64,000 bases of DNA from Alistipes putredinis (GCA_963620575.1 CAVFBC010000001.1:111912-175911), one strand, 5' to 3'; positions 52,448 to 62,377 are shown, counted from the stretch's first letter. Notes: generated by a model from the sequence alone, not told the origin. Numbers and translations are program-made.

Positions 52448-52455
52448 TATGTTTG
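52448..52455 (+). promoter_or_regulatory. -7 box (TAnnTTTG) upstream of prmC
   Basis: tatgtttg lies 41 nt upstream of the ATG at 52496, abutting the divergent ribD start. Confidence 0.35.
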
Positions 52456-52495
52456 ATGCGTTTGCGCATCCTTCGCAAATATACTAATAATACAA

Positions 52496-53359
52496 ATGTC
52501 AGAGACTGTATCATCCATCTTGAGGCAGATGACGAGTGTGCTGGAACATTCGCTTGGCCACGAAGCGACATCTGCCGCAAGGGCTATAGTCTGTGACTAT
52601 TTCGGCTACTCTTTTACGCAGCTTGTGACGCATTACCCTGATGCCGTAGATGCTGATGTGGCTGACGTACTCCTTGGTCAGGCTGACCTTGTGTCTCAAG
52701 ACATCCCACTGCAATACGTCACAGGCAAGGCGAGTTTTGCCGGACTTGACATTCATGTCGAGCCGGGTGTCCTCATCCCGCGGCCAGAAACCGAGGGATT
52801 GGTGAGTCTTGTTTCGCAGTGGGCTAAAGACCGGGAGGTGGATATTCTTGACATTGGCACTGGGAGCGGATGCATTGCATTGGCTTTGAGCAACGAGTTG
52901 CCAAATTCGACTGTAATGGCGATAGATGCCTCGGAAGAGGCTGTCCGCATTGCACAAGAGAACGCAACGCGTCTCGCCTTGGATGTCGATATCTGCAAGA
53001 TGGATGTATTCTCTGCCGATATGGACAGTCTGATTGTCTCAAACGGGCCATTTGACGTTGTTGTCTCCAACCCCCCATATGTCAAGGAGTCAGAGCGTAA
53101 GGACATGAGACGCAATGTGCTTGACCATGAGCCTGAGATGGCCCTCTTTGTGCCCGACGAAGACCCTCTCGTTTTTTACAAGCGGATTGCTCGTCTTTGC
53201 CGCGCCGGTCTCTTGTCATCTGAAGGCTCTCTGTTTTTTGAGATTAATGAGGCCTTAGGAAGTGAGATGGAGTCAATGCTCCGTGGCGAGGGCTTTTCTA
53301 AAGTCGAGATTCATAAGGATTATGTCGGGAAGGACCGCTTTGCCGTAGCCTCTTTGTAA
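52496..53359 (+). CDS. prmC: Release-factor glutamine N5-methyltransferase PrmC
   Basis: SAM motif ILDIGTGSGCIA and catalytic VSNPPYV. Confidence 0.9.
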   Translation: MSETVSSILRQMTSVLEHSLGHEATSAARAIVCDYFGYSFTQLVTHYPDAVDADVADVLLGQADLVSQDIPLQYVTGKASFAGLDIHVEPGVLIPRPETEGLVSLVSQWAKDREVDILDIGTGSGCIALALSNELPNSTVMAIDASEEAVRIAQENATRLALDVDICKMDVFSADMDSLIVSNGPFDVVVSNPPYVKESERKDMRRNVLDHEPEMALFVPDEDPLVFYKRIARLCRAGLLSSEGSLFFEINEALGSEMESMLRGEGFSKVEIHKDYVGKDRFAVASL

Positions 53360-53400
53360 CTAACTAATATTCAAAATAAAACAAATTATATTCCATCAAT

Positions 53401-53721
53401 ATGGTACAAAATCTTACCGATGACTCTTTCAATGCAGAGGTAGTTGACAAGGGTGGTGTTGCGCTTGTCGATTTTTGGGCAGTGTGGTGCGGACCTTGCC
53501 GTGCGCTTGGCCCACAGGTGGAGCGTGTCTCTGAGGACTACGATGGACGTGTCCGCTTCTACAAGATGGACATTGAGGCTGCTCCTAACACTCCTGCCGA
53601 GTTTGGAGTTATGACTATCCCCACTGTCCTCATCTTTAAAAATGGAGAGGTTGTGGAGCGATTCTCTGGTGTCAAGGCCAAGGATCAGATTGCGCAGTTG
53701 CTCGACAGCGTTCTCGCTTAG
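53401..53721 (+). CDS. trxA: Thioredoxin
   Basis: WAVWCGPC active site, 106 aa. Confidence 0.95.
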   Translation: MVQNLTDDSFNAEVVDKGGVALVDFWAVWCGPCRALGPQVERVSEDYDGRVRFYKMDIEAAPNTPAEFGVMTIPTVLIFKNGEVVERFSGVKAKDQIAQLLDSVLA

Positions 53722-53905
53722 GTCCGATTTGTCGGCAGAAATGCACTTTTTGCCTTATAAATCACAATTAATTAAGAAAAAGAGAAGCTTGTTGGACATT
53801 CCCTTTGGAAAAATGTTATATTCGCGATATAACATAGAAGAGAACCTGCGACGGGCTATCTTCAAGCTAACGAGCATGTGTTAAAGTTGATTGTGATTTT
53901 CTCGT

Positions 53906-53943
53906 AAAGCCCGGGGATTTGTGTCCCTGGGCTTTTCTTTTTT
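53906..53943 (+). terminator. Rho-independent terminator about 185 nt downstream of trxA
   Basis: 12-bp stem aaagcccgggga/tccctgggcttt (one G-U pair) followed by tcttttttg. Confidence 0.65.
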
Positions 53944-54061
53944 GTCACAGCCCAATTCCACTTGATGCACCCGACAGCCCATAACGTTTTACTCTTTATT
54001 GCGTATTACAGCCCGGTTGCCCGATAAAATCATTACTTTTGCGTTGAAAAACATCCCAAAC

Positions 54062-54994
54062 ATGGAAGTCTTCAGCCAAATAGAGAACTATGCCGCGCTC
54101 CCATCGGCGGTCTGCGTAGGTGTCTTCGACGGGCTTCACTTGGGCCACCGCGCGCTCCTTAGCCAACTCAAGGAAGAGGCTGAGAAACGCGGGTTGCTTT
54201 CAGTGGTAGTCACTTTCGACCCTCATCCGCGTATAGCGCTCTCAAAAGGCAATGACCGCGTCGGGCTTCTCACCACCCAGGAGGAAAGGTTGGAACTTTT
54301 GCGAGAGATGGGGATCGACAGGGTTGTCGTCATACCTTTCACCCGTGAGTTCTCTGATCTTACCGCACGGCAGTTCTTGAGAGAATGGGTCGCTGGCAAG
54401 CTTATGGCTCGATTCCTGCTCATGGGCTATAATCATCACTTCGGCTCTGACGATGTCAAGCCGGAAGATTACATATCCTTGGCGGCATCTGAGGGCATAG
54501 AGGCGAAAAGAGGTGAGGCCTTCTCTCTCGCTGGCGGTGTCAAGGTCAGCTCGTCGGAGGTGCGCAAAGCTCTTTCTGATGGCGACGTGGCGCATGCGGC
54601 CCTTCTGCTTGGCAGGGACTATGAGTTCAGTGGCGAGGTATCGCATGGCGACGCCATAGGACGGGCGATAGGCTTCAGGACTGCTAATGTGACCCCCTCC
54701 GATTTCAGCAAGCTTATCCCGGCTGATGGGGTCTATTCCGGTCTCGTCTGCTGGGAGGGACAGCGCCCTCTCCAGTCCGTCATAAATGTCGGTACGCGGC
54801 CCACGGTAGGTGGTAACGACAGAAGGATCGAGGCTCACATAATGAATTTCGATTCGGATATATACGGGCAGCACGTGACGGTCTCTTTCCACGAGAGGTT
54901 GCGAGACGAGTTGAGGTTTGACGACCTCGAATCTCTTGCATGCCAAATAAAAGACGATATGCGAAAAGCGGCAATATCATTTGAAAATCGTTGA
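54062..54994 (+). CDS. ribF: Bifunctional riboflavin kinase / FAD synthetase RibF
   Basis: GVFDGLHLGH nucleotidyltransferase motif and a C-terminal riboflavin kinase (GFRTANV...EAHIMNFDSDIYG). The start is set at the internal ATG MEVFSQ. Confidence 0.9.
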   Translation: MEVFSQIENYAALPSAVCVGVFDGLHLGHRALLSQLKEEAEKRGLLSVVVTFDPHPRIALSKGNDRVGLLTTQEERLELLREMGIDRVVVIPFTREFSDLTARQFLREWVAGKLMARFLLMGYNHHFGSDDVKPEDYISLAASEGIEAKRGEAFSLAGGVKVSSSEVRKALSDGDVAHAALLLGRDYEFSGEVSHGDAIGRAIGFRTANVTPSDFSKLIPADGVYSGLVCWEGQRPLQSVINVGTRPTVGGNDRRIEAHIMNFDSDIYGQHVTVSFHERLRDELRFDDLESLACQIKDDMRKAAISFENR

Positions 54995-55173
54995 CAAATG
55001 TTTAACTTTGTTGCTGAGTATCCGAGCGTATCGGGTAATACAAACAAACAGAAATATAGCCTTTTATAAAACAGGCGCTATCTCGAAACCAAATAATCAC
55101 TTAACTCTAAAAACAGAGCTATTCTATTATGTTGGGAAATAATGATGGCTCCTTTACAAAAGAACGACCGAGC

Positions 55174-55701
55174 ATGCCTATGATAAAGAAATTACTTGTC
55201 ACTCTGGTTTTAACCCTGACGATGGCGCATGGCGCATTCGCCCAGGATCAATTGGCAAAGCCTAAGGCTCTGCTCACTCTTAGTTTCATCCGTTACCTCG
55301 GTTGGAGCGACGCTGCGAGGCAGGGTGACTTTGTCATCGGCGTGGTCCGCGACAGGGAGCTCGCCTCTTGGTTGACGTCTCAGTCCGAAGGTAAGAAATT
55401 CGGCTTCCAAAATGTCGTCGTCAAGAATTTCAAGTCTGTCGACGAGGTGGTAGACTGTCAGGTAATCTACGTCTCCCACAACATCAGCTTCGCCCGCAAC
55501 GCCTCCACCATCATCGACAAGGTCGGCAAGGACACACTGATTATCACGGAAGAGGAGGGCGCCGTCAAGAGCGGGGCGATGATTAACTTTGTCATCCGCG
55601 ACAGCAGGCTCAAATTCGAGCTCAGCAAGAGCAACGCACAAATGTCTAACATACAGTTCGGTCAGAAACTAACTGACATGACTGCAGCGATAAACATGTA
55701 A
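55174..55701 (+). CDS. YfiR-family (DUF4154) periplasmic protein
   Basis: Signal peptide [23 protein letters not shown]|QDQ. The pattern FIRYLGW...VIGVV.D...CQVIYVS...LIITEEEG....GAMINFV..D.RLKFELS..NA matches DUF4154 as I recall it. Confidence 0.6.
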   Translation: MPMIKKLLVTLVLTLTMAHGAFAQDQLAKPKALLTLSFIRYLGWSDAARQGDFVIGVVRDRELASWLTSQSEGKKFGFQNVVVKNFKSVDEVVDCQVIYVSHNISFARNASTIIDKVGKDTLIITEEEGAVKSGAMINFVIRDSRLKFELSKSNAQMSNIQFGQKLTDMTAAINM

Positions 55702-55714
55702 TCTTAGAACAACA

Positions 55715-57460
55715 ATGAAGGGTATATCTCTCAAGGAGCGTGTCTCGAAGATGAATCTGGCGCAGAAGCTCGTGTCGGGCTTCGGCGTCATTTGCGTGTT
55801 CATCCTCCTCAACTCAATCCTTACAATAGCCATCCATTTCTACACCCGCAACCTTCAGGAGACTGAGGCTAACGAGTATCTCCCCGTCAAGTCTAACCTC
55901 GAGGTCATGATGAACAAGATTGTCGAGAGCCGCAGACTTGTGGTAAACTGGGTGTTTGTTGATCATCAGCCCAACACGCCAGATAAGGTCAAGCTCGCCG
56001 CCATCGTCAATGAGGAGTTTGACGCTGTCCTCAATGAGGTCAAGGAGGCTACTGCCGATTGGGAGACTCCCTTCACTGACACTCTCGCTATCGTTGACAC
56101 CAAGGTTCACGAGATGTTCGACCTTGAGAAGACCGTCATGAGCAACCTCTCCTCTTTCGACTCGTATGACGACCCCATCCTCCTCATGGAGAGTGAAATG
56201 CTCGTCCAGAGTGATGGCGATGTTGAGATGGCTGAGCGTGAGTTGCAGACTCTCATGTCCTCCCTCAGCGGCATTTGCGACGCCAAGTGCAATGACATTA
56301 AGCATTCTATTAATACCTCTGCCTCCATCCAGCTCGTCTTTGTCATCCTCATGAGTCTCCTCGTGCTCGGTGTGGCTGTGGTTGTCGGCCGAGTCCTCTA
56401 TATGAGCATCATTAATCCTCTCAAACGAGGTGTCGTGTTTGCCGAGGCAATTGGCAAGGGTGACCTCACGGCGCAAGTCCAGGTCGACCAGGATGATGAG
56501 ATTGGTCAGCTGTCCAAAGCCCTCCAGGGCATGGTCGAGAGCCTCAAACACACTGTCGTCTCGATTGAGCGCAACGCTAACGAGCTCGTCACCTCGGGCT
56601 CCCTCCTCAACACTTCAAGCCAGAAACTGTCAAAGGGCGCAAGTGAGCAGGCCGCAAGCGCCGAGGAGGTCTCTACGGCTATTGAGCAGATGGTGGCCAA
56701 CATTGACCAGAACACTGAGAACGCCATAGCAACCGAGAAACTGACCGCCTCGACTGTTGAGAATGTCAACCTCTCAAGCCAGTACTCTGGCGAAGCTGCC
56801 GAGGCTATGAAGACTATATCTGAGAAAATCTCAATCATCTCAGACATTGCGTTCCAAACCAATATACTTGCACTCAACGCTGCCGTCGAGGCCGTTCGAG
56901 CAGGTGAGCAGGGTCGCGGCTTCTCTGTCGTGGCTGCCGAGGTCCGTAAACTCGCTGAGCGAAGCAAGCAGGCCGCCAATGAGATTGTATCCCTTGTTAA
57001 CAAGGGTCTGAAGGTCACTCAGATGGCTGGTGAGAAGGCAAAGGCTCTTGTACCGGACATTGAGAAGACCACCGTGCTCATCAAGGAGATTTCTGCGGCA
57101 AGTATCGAGCAGAAAACAGGTGCCGAGCAGATTAACATGGCGATGCAGAACCTCAACGTCATCACTCAGGAGAACGCTTCAAGCTCCGACGAGTTGACTA
57201 ACAGCTCTGTCCTCCTCTCTTCTCTCGCTTCTAACCTCAAGCAGGCTGTCGGCTATTTCAAGCTTGATGAGGAAGCCGAGGCTGCGACCGGGGCAACGGC
57301 CGAGGTCGAGAAAAAGCCAGAAGAGCCCAAGGCAAAGGTTGAGACGGCAAAGCCAGAGCAGACTCGCCATGAAGACCCAAAGCCTATGGGTGGCGTCAAG
57401 ATTAACCTCGGAAACATTAACTCTAAAGAGTTCGATCTCGACAATTACGAGAAGTTCTAA
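55715..57460 (+). CDS. Methyl-accepting chemotaxis protein (helical periplasmic sensor, HAMP, MA domain, long C-terminal tail)
   Basis: Two TM helices, [27 protein letters not shown] and hairpin tip [37 protein letters not shown]. The tail ends ...DLDNYEKF. The start could instead be Met13 (55751). Confidence 0.92.
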   Translation: MKGISLKERVSKMNLAQKLVSGFGVICVFILLNSILTIAIHFYTRNLQETEANEYLPVKSNLEVMMNKIVESRRLVVNWVFVDHQPNTPDKVKLAAIVNEEFDAVLNEVKEATADWETPFTDTLAIVDTKVHEMFDLEKTVMSNLSSFDSYDDPILLMESEMLVQSDGDVEMAERELQTLMSSLSGICDAKCNDIKHSINTSASIQLVFVILMSLLVLGVAVVVGRVLYMSIINPLKRGVVFAEAIGKGDLTAQVQVDQDDEIGQLSKALQGMVESLKHTVVSIERNANELVTSGSLLNTSSQKLSKGASEQAASAEEVSTAIEQMVANIDQNTENAIATEKLTASTVENVNLSSQYSGEAAEAMKTISEKISIISDIAFQTNILALNAAVEAVRAGEQGRGFSVVAAEVRKLAERSKQAANEIVSLVNKGLKVTQMAGEKAKALVPDIEKTTVLIKEISAASIEQKTGAEQINMAMQNLNVITQENASSSDELTNSSVLLSSLASNLKQAVGYFKLDEEAEAATGATAEVEKKPEEPKAKVETAKPEQTRHEDPKPMGGVKINLGNINSKEFDLDNYEKF

Positions 57461-57587
57461 TGCCAAAGTAGCTGGAGGTGGAGATGCCAAACCAATGAAT
57501 GATTGGCGTGTCCACCCCATGGCTTTATGAGGCTCGAAGTCCTGAATCCCAGCACAAGTCTTCAAACAGTACACTAAAGGTCAGATT

Positions 57588-57899
57588 ATGAGCAGCGTTT
57601 ATAGCCTCGAGATTTCACAGGCTGACGGCAAGAAGAACTTGAAGTTCGGAGGTGACCTTGTCATTAACCATATTGACAAGATGACCAAGGAACTCCGTGA
57701 GGCTCTCCCCTCGCCTACCGATTTGCGTGTCGAGGTGGCGGATCCGCAGAATATCGACATGACGTTCATTCAGCTTGTAGTAGCCCTCCGCCGGATGACG
57801 GAGAACGCTGGCAAGAAGTTCGAGGTGCAGACCACTCTGAAGGACGACCTGAAGGAGCTGGTTCAAAAGGCCGGCTTAGACAAGGAGTTGAAAGTTTAA
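57588..57899 (+). CDS. STAS-domain protein (anti-sigma-antagonist fold)
   Basis: 103 aa. The alternating beta/alpha pattern KFGGDLVINHIDKMTKELREAL...LRVEVADPQNIDMTFIQLVVALRR is typical of single-domain STAS proteins. Confidence 0.6.
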   Translation: MSSVYSLEISQADGKKNLKFGGDLVINHIDKMTKELREALPSPTDLRVEVADPQNIDMTFIQLVVALRRMTENAGKKFEVQTTLKDDLKELVQKAGLDKELKV

Positions 57900-57969
57900 G
57901 TAAGCCCCTTAGAAAAGACAACTTACAAACCCCCAAATTAACGACATATCCATTTTTTATAGTAACAAT

Positions 57970-58335
57970 ATGGCAAAGACAGTTCTTATTGTAGACGACT
58001 CCGAGAGTATCCGCGAGGTGGTCAACTTCACTTTGACCAACGAGGGCTACGATGTTTTGGTTGGCGTTGACGGCGAGGACGCACTCAAGTTCCTCGATGG
58101 CAGGCCTATCGACATTGTCATCACTGACCTCCACATGCCTAACCTTGACGGCCTCGGTCTCATCCGCAAGGTTCGTGAGATGGATGCTTACAAACACATT
58201 CCTATCCTTTTCCTCACAACTGAGAGCCAGACAGAGAAGAAGATGGAGGCCAAGGAGGCTGGCGCGACGGGTTGGATCATCAAGCCTTTCGTCCCCGCTA
58301 AGCTCCTCAGCGCCATCTCAAGGGTGCTCCGTTAG
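57970..58335 (+). CDS. cheY: CheY-like single-domain response regulator
   Basis: DD (LIVDDS), phospho-acceptor Asp in VITDLHMP, Thr in LTTES and Lys in IIKPF. Confidence 0.92.
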   Translation: MAKTVLIVDDSESIREVVNFTLTNEGYDVLVGVDGEDALKFLDGRPIDIVITDLHMPNLDGLGLIRKVREMDAYKHIPILFLTTESQTEKKMEAKEAGATGWIIKPFVPAKLLSAISRVLR

Positions 58336-58372
58336 AAAATATACCCTCTTCTTAGTCAATGTATTGTAGTCC

Positions 58373-60529
58373 ATGTTAGACAGATTTCAACAGAAATTCG
58401 TAGAGGAAGCGCAGGACAACGTGGCAGCCATCGAGGAGGCCTTGTTCGAGCTCGAAAAGAGTCCGGATGACAAGGAGATCGTCGAGAGGCTGTTCCGCTC
58501 CATGCACACCATCAAGGGTAGCGGCGCAATGTTCGGGTTTAACGACCTGAGCCATTTCACCCACAACCTTGAGACTCTCTATGACTGTGTCAGAAACGAC
58601 ACGGTGAAGGTGAACAGTGATATCATCTCGCTCACTTTCGAGAGTTTGGACTACATCCGGCAGCTTCTTGAGGTCGGCGAGGGAACTCTTACTAACCCCG
58701 ATGACATTCAGCGGCAGAAGGATTACATTGCCAAGATTACCAAGTATTTCCCCGAGGGTCAGACTCTGACCCTCAGCAGTGCCGAGAAGGCGGCCTTAGC
58801 TGCTAAGCAGGCTGCCGGTGGGGCGGCAGCACAGGCTCAAGTCCCTGCTCAGCCCGAGGTCAAGGGGCCAAAGAACTATTTAGTCACCTTCGCGCCTTTT
58901 GAGTCCCTTCTCAATAATGGCACGAACCCCCTCTTCATGCTCGACGACCTCACTGCGCTCGGCAAGTACCGCACCGTGGCTTTCACAGGAGTGGTTCCGG
59001 CACTTGACACGTTCGAGCCTCTGAATCTATATGTCAAATGGCAGGTTGTCCTCAGCACTGATCAGGACGTCAATGACATTAAGGATGTCTTCATCTTCGT
59101 CGAGGATGAGTGCCGAATGGACATTGTCGAGTTGCCCGAGGGTGATATCATCGGTGCGGCAGATAAACTGGACCCGATTCTGAAAAAGGCCATTGAGACT
59201 CAGACCGAGCTCAAGGCTGATGATTTCGTCATCTTCAAGTCTGCTCCTAAACCTGAGCCTGCCAAAACTGCCAAGGCGGCCGAGCAGAGCAAAACAGCCG
59301 GCGCCGCTAAGCAGCAAGAGAGCAAGATAGCGAGTATCCGAGTCTCTGCTGAGAAGATTGATGACCTTGTTAATGCGGTCTCTGAGCTTGTCACCATGCA
59401 GGCTCAGCTCAACCTCTTGGCGGGCAAGCAGACAGACCAAAATCTTGTCGCGATCGCCGAGCAGATGGAAAAGATAACCCGCCAGTTGCGCGAGAACTCT
59501 TTCTCCATCTCCCTTATCCCTCTTCAGGGTGAGCTCGTCCAGTTCCAGAGGCTTGTCAGGGACTTGTGCAACAAGCTCGGTAAGCAAATGGAGTTTGTCG
59601 TGGAGGGTGGTGAGATTGAGCTTGACAAGACCATCATTGACCATCTCAAGGACCCGTTGCTCCATATCATAAGAAACTCAGGCGACCATGGCATTGAGAT
59701 GCCCGATGAGCGAATTAAGAAGGGTAAGAACCCTATGGGTACCATTCTTCTTAAGGCTTTCTATTCGGGCTCGTCAGTCATAGTTCAGGTCTCTGATGAT
59801 GGCAAGGGCATGGACCCTGACAAGATCTTGAAAAAGGCTGTTGAGAAGGGGCTTGTGGATAACACGGCGCGCCTTTCCAAAAAGGAGGTCCTTAACCTAA
59901 TTTTTGCCAGCGGCTTCTCTACTGCCGATAAGGTGAGTGATGTGTCTGGCCGAGGTGTCGGCATGGATGTCGTCAAGAGCAAGATTGCCGAGATACGAGG
60001 CGAGGTCACTGTTGACTCCGAGGTGGACAAGGGTACTACCATCACCATGGAGCTCCCACTGACGCTTTCCATTATAGACGGTCTTCTTACCCGTATAGGT
60101 GGTGAGCAGTATGTATTCCCATTCACTAATGTTGAGCGAATCCTCCAACCCTCAGAGGTCGTGATGAGCGAGAACGGAATGGGCGACTTTTTCACCTATA
60201 ACGGTCAGCAGCTCGTTTTCATCGACCTCAATAAGATTTTCAACGGCTCGACCACAGATTTGTCTAAAGCCAAGCTGCTCATTGTCGGGCAAGGCGATAA
60301 GCGTGTCGGCATGATTGTGGATGCTGTCTTGGGTGAATATCAGATTGTTGTCAAACCCTTGGGACGTTTCCTCCGCTCGGTGGACATGATTTCGGGTGCC
60401 TCTGTCATGGGCGATGGCTCCCTCTCTCTCATCATTGACCCGGGTCGTCTCGTCAACTACTTCAACCAGTTGCGTTTCCGTAGGAAGGCCGCTTTTGCGG
60501 CTCAGGCGGGTGACGCCCAAAACGCATAG
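58373..60529 (+). CDS. cheA: Chemotaxis histidine kinase CheA
   Basis: Hpt with SMHTIKGSG, a dimerisation region, HATPase (DDGKGMD, GRGVGMDVV) and a C-terminal CheW-like domain. Confidence 0.95.
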   Translation: MLDRFQQKFVEEAQDNVAAIEEALFELEKSPDDKEIVERLFRSMHTIKGSGAMFGFNDLSHFTHNLETLYDCVRNDTVKVNSDIISLTFESLDYIRQLLEVGEGTLTNPDDIQRQKDYIAKITKYFPEGQTLTLSSAEKAALAAKQAAGGAAAQAQVPAQPEVKGPKNYLVTFAPFESLLNNGTNPLFMLDDLTALGKYRTVAFTGVVPALDTFEPLNLYVKWQVVLSTDQDVNDIKDVFIFVEDECRMDIVELPEGDIIGAADKLDPILKKAIETQTELKADDFVIFKSAPKPEPAKTAKAAEQSKTAGAAKQQESKIASIRVSAEKIDDLVNAVSELVTMQAQLNLLAGKQTDQNLVAIAEQMEKITRQLRENSFSISLIPLQGELVQFQRLVRDLCNKLGKQMEFVVEGGEIELDKTIIDHLKDPLLHIIRNSGDHGIEMPDERIKKGKNPMGTILLKAFYSGSSVIVQVSDDGKGMDPDKILKKAVEKGLVDNTARLSKKEVLNLIFASGFSTADKVSDVSGRGVGMDVVKSKIAEIRGEVTVDSEVDKGTTITMELPLTLSIIDGLLTRIGGEQYVFPFTNVERILQPSEVVMSENGMGDFFTYNGQQLVFIDLNKIFNGSTTDLSKAKLLIVGQGDKRVGMIVDAVLGEYQIVVKPLGRFLRSVDMISGASVMGDGSLSLIIDPGRLVNYFNQLRFRRKAAFAAQAGDAQNA

Positions 60530-60531
60530 CC

Positions 60532-60978
60532 ATGGATGAAATTAAGTCGGTCACCTCTTTCAAGGTTGGCGGTGAGTACTTCGCCTTCGAGACCGAGTCC
60601 ATAAGACATATTCTTGAGTATAGCGCACCCACTCGTGTGCCGCTGACCAAGCCTTTCATAAAGGGGATTATCAACAACCATGGTAACATGATTCCCGTGG
60701 TTGATTTCCGTGTCCTTGTCGGCAAAGAGTCTGATGACAGCCAACCCGAGCAAAGCATCGTGGTGGTGGCCTTTGAGACGGCTGGCAAGGAGGAACTTTG
60801 TGGTTTCAAGGTCGATGAGATGGACGATGTCTTTGAGTTCTCGCACGAGAATTTCAAACCCGAGGTGGTCATCGATGTGAACCCTGAGGTACAACGCGCG
60901 GCGGCCGGGACTATCAAGGTGGGCGACAAGTTTGTCTACCTCCTCAAGACGTCTGAGCTTGCCGACGCCCTTGTTTAA
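60532..60978 (+). CDS. cheW: CheW coupling protein
   Basis: 148 aa CheW-like fold (FKVGGEYFAFETESIRHIL...IKGIINNHGNMIPVVD); 2-nt gap after cheA. Confidence 0.88.
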   Translation: MDEIKSVTSFKVGGEYFAFETESIRHILEYSAPTRVPLTKPFIKGIINNHGNMIPVVDFRVLVGKESDDSQPEQSIVVVAFETAGKEELCGFKVDEMDDVFEFSHENFKPEVVIDVNPEVQRAAAGTIKVGDKFVYLLKTSELADALV

Positions 60979-61005
60979 ATTTCTCATCACTCCTAAACAG
61001 AGTCA

Positions 61006-61494
61006 ATGGAAGAAGAAATAATCAACTCGTTCCTGACCTTCGAGGTTAATGGCGGAATATACGGATTGCACGTGGCTAAGGTCGTCGAGATTATGGCCTA
61101 CGTCAAGCCTCAGGCCACAGGTGCTTCTGTCCCAGCCATGATTGGCATGGTCGAGCACCGCGGACGAGTGTTGCCACTCATAGATAGTGGGCTGAAGTTT
61201 AACGCAGGCCCAGTTAAAATCACTGAGCAGACCTATATTATAGTCATTTCAGTCCGAAATGGAGACGAGTTGTTCGACGTAGCCTTGGCTGTCGATCTTG
61301 TCCGCGAGGTGATGGAGATACCAGAGGACAAGCGTCTTGCCATTGACACAACATACAAGCCTGGCTATGTGCTCTTCGCAAGCCAGACTCCTGACGGACT
61401 TGGCATGTTCTTCGACCCCGACAAGGTGTTCACAGACACCGATGTCATTAAGATGGCCGAGTTTACAGCCAAGGCCAATAAACAGACCTGCTGA
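61006..61494 (+). CDS. cheW: Second CheW coupling protein
   Basis: 162 aa, FLTFEVNGGIYGLHVAKVVEIM...MIGMVEHRGRVLPLID. Confidence 0.85.
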   Translation: MEEEIINSFLTFEVNGGIYGLHVAKVVEIMAYVKPQATGASVPAMIGMVEHRGRVLPLIDSGLKFNAGPVKITEQTYIIVISVRNGDELFDVALAVDLVREVMEIPEDKRLAIDTTYKPGYVLFASQTPDGLGMFFDPDKVFTDTDVIKMAEFTAKANKQTC

Positions 61495-61498
61495 GCCT

Positions 61499-62377
61499 AT
61501 GCCAGACCTGACTTCATCGCCCTCGGGAAACATAGGAGACGAGTTTGACTGCTTCAGGGCCGAGCTTTCGCAAGCCGACTTCAAGCAGTTTAGCGAGTAT
61601 ATTTATGCGCAGTTCGGAATCAAGATGCCCGAAATCAAGCGCGTGATGCTCCAAGGCCGCCTCCTGAAACGGATCCGGGAGCTCAAGATGAAGTCTTATA
61701 CCGAATACAAGAAATACTTTTTCAGCCCCGAGGGGCAAAGAAACGAGCTTTATAACTTTCTTAGTGTAGTCACTACCAACAAGACCGATTTCTTCCGCGA
61801 GCCTGTCCACTTCGACTTCCTCCGCAATGTGGCTCTCCCGGAGTTCATGGCTGAGGGGCGAAACCGCATCAATGTTTGGAGCGCGGCTTGCTCAAGCGGA
61901 GAGGAGCCCTACACGATGGCTGTGGTCCTCAGTGAGTTCGCCGAGCAGCACCCGGGCTTCTCTTTTAGCATCCTTGGCTCTGACATATCGCAAAACGTCC
62001 TTGAGAAAGCAGCGCGTGGAGTCTATCCGGAAAAATTGGTTGACATGATCCCTCTCGAACTAAAGAGGAAATATTTCCTCCGCAGTAAGGACAGAACTAA
62101 CCCGACAGTGAGGGTCTCACCAATGCTTCAGAGGAACTTTTCTCTGAAATATTTAAACCTGATGGACCCTGTTTACGATATAAACGTTGAATTCGATGTG
62201 GTCTTCTGCCGAAATGTGTTAATTTACTTCGACAGGGAGACTCAGGAGAAGGTTATCCAAAAAATCTGCACCAAGCTCAGAAAGGGAGGATACCTCTGCA
62301 TCGGACACTCGGAGTCCATGAGTAACATGGATGTGCCACTCACTAACGTAAAGCCCACTATTTTCAAAAGAAACTAA
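61499..62377 (+). CDS. cheR: Chemoreceptor glutamate methyltransferase CheR
   Basis: N-terminal helical domain FKQFSEYIYAQFGI and SAM domain INVWSAACSSGEEPYTMA...VVFCRNVLIYFD. The start is set at the internal ATG 4 nt after the cheW stop. Confidence 0.92.
   Translation: MPDLTSSPSGNIGDEFDCFRAELSQADFKQFSEYIYAQFGIKMPEIKRVMLQGRLLKRIRELKMKSYTEYKKYFFSPEGQRNELYNFLSVVTTNKTDFFREPVHFDFLRNVALPEFMAEGRNRINVWSAACSSGEEPYTMAVVLSEFAEQHPGFSFSILGSDISQNVLEKAARGVYPEKLVDMIPLELKRKYFLRSKDRTNPTVRVSPMLQRNFSLKYLNLMDPVYDINVEFDVVFCRNVLIYFDRETQEKVIQKICTKLRKGGYLCIGHSESMSNMDVPLTNVKPTIFKRN

Noticed and set aside
52448-52495. FMN (RFN) riboswitch upstream of ribD or ribF
   Set aside because: The ribD leader is only about 48 nt. 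Neither it nor the 340-nt region upstream of ribF shows the conserved RFN core as I remember it. A cmscan would be decisive.
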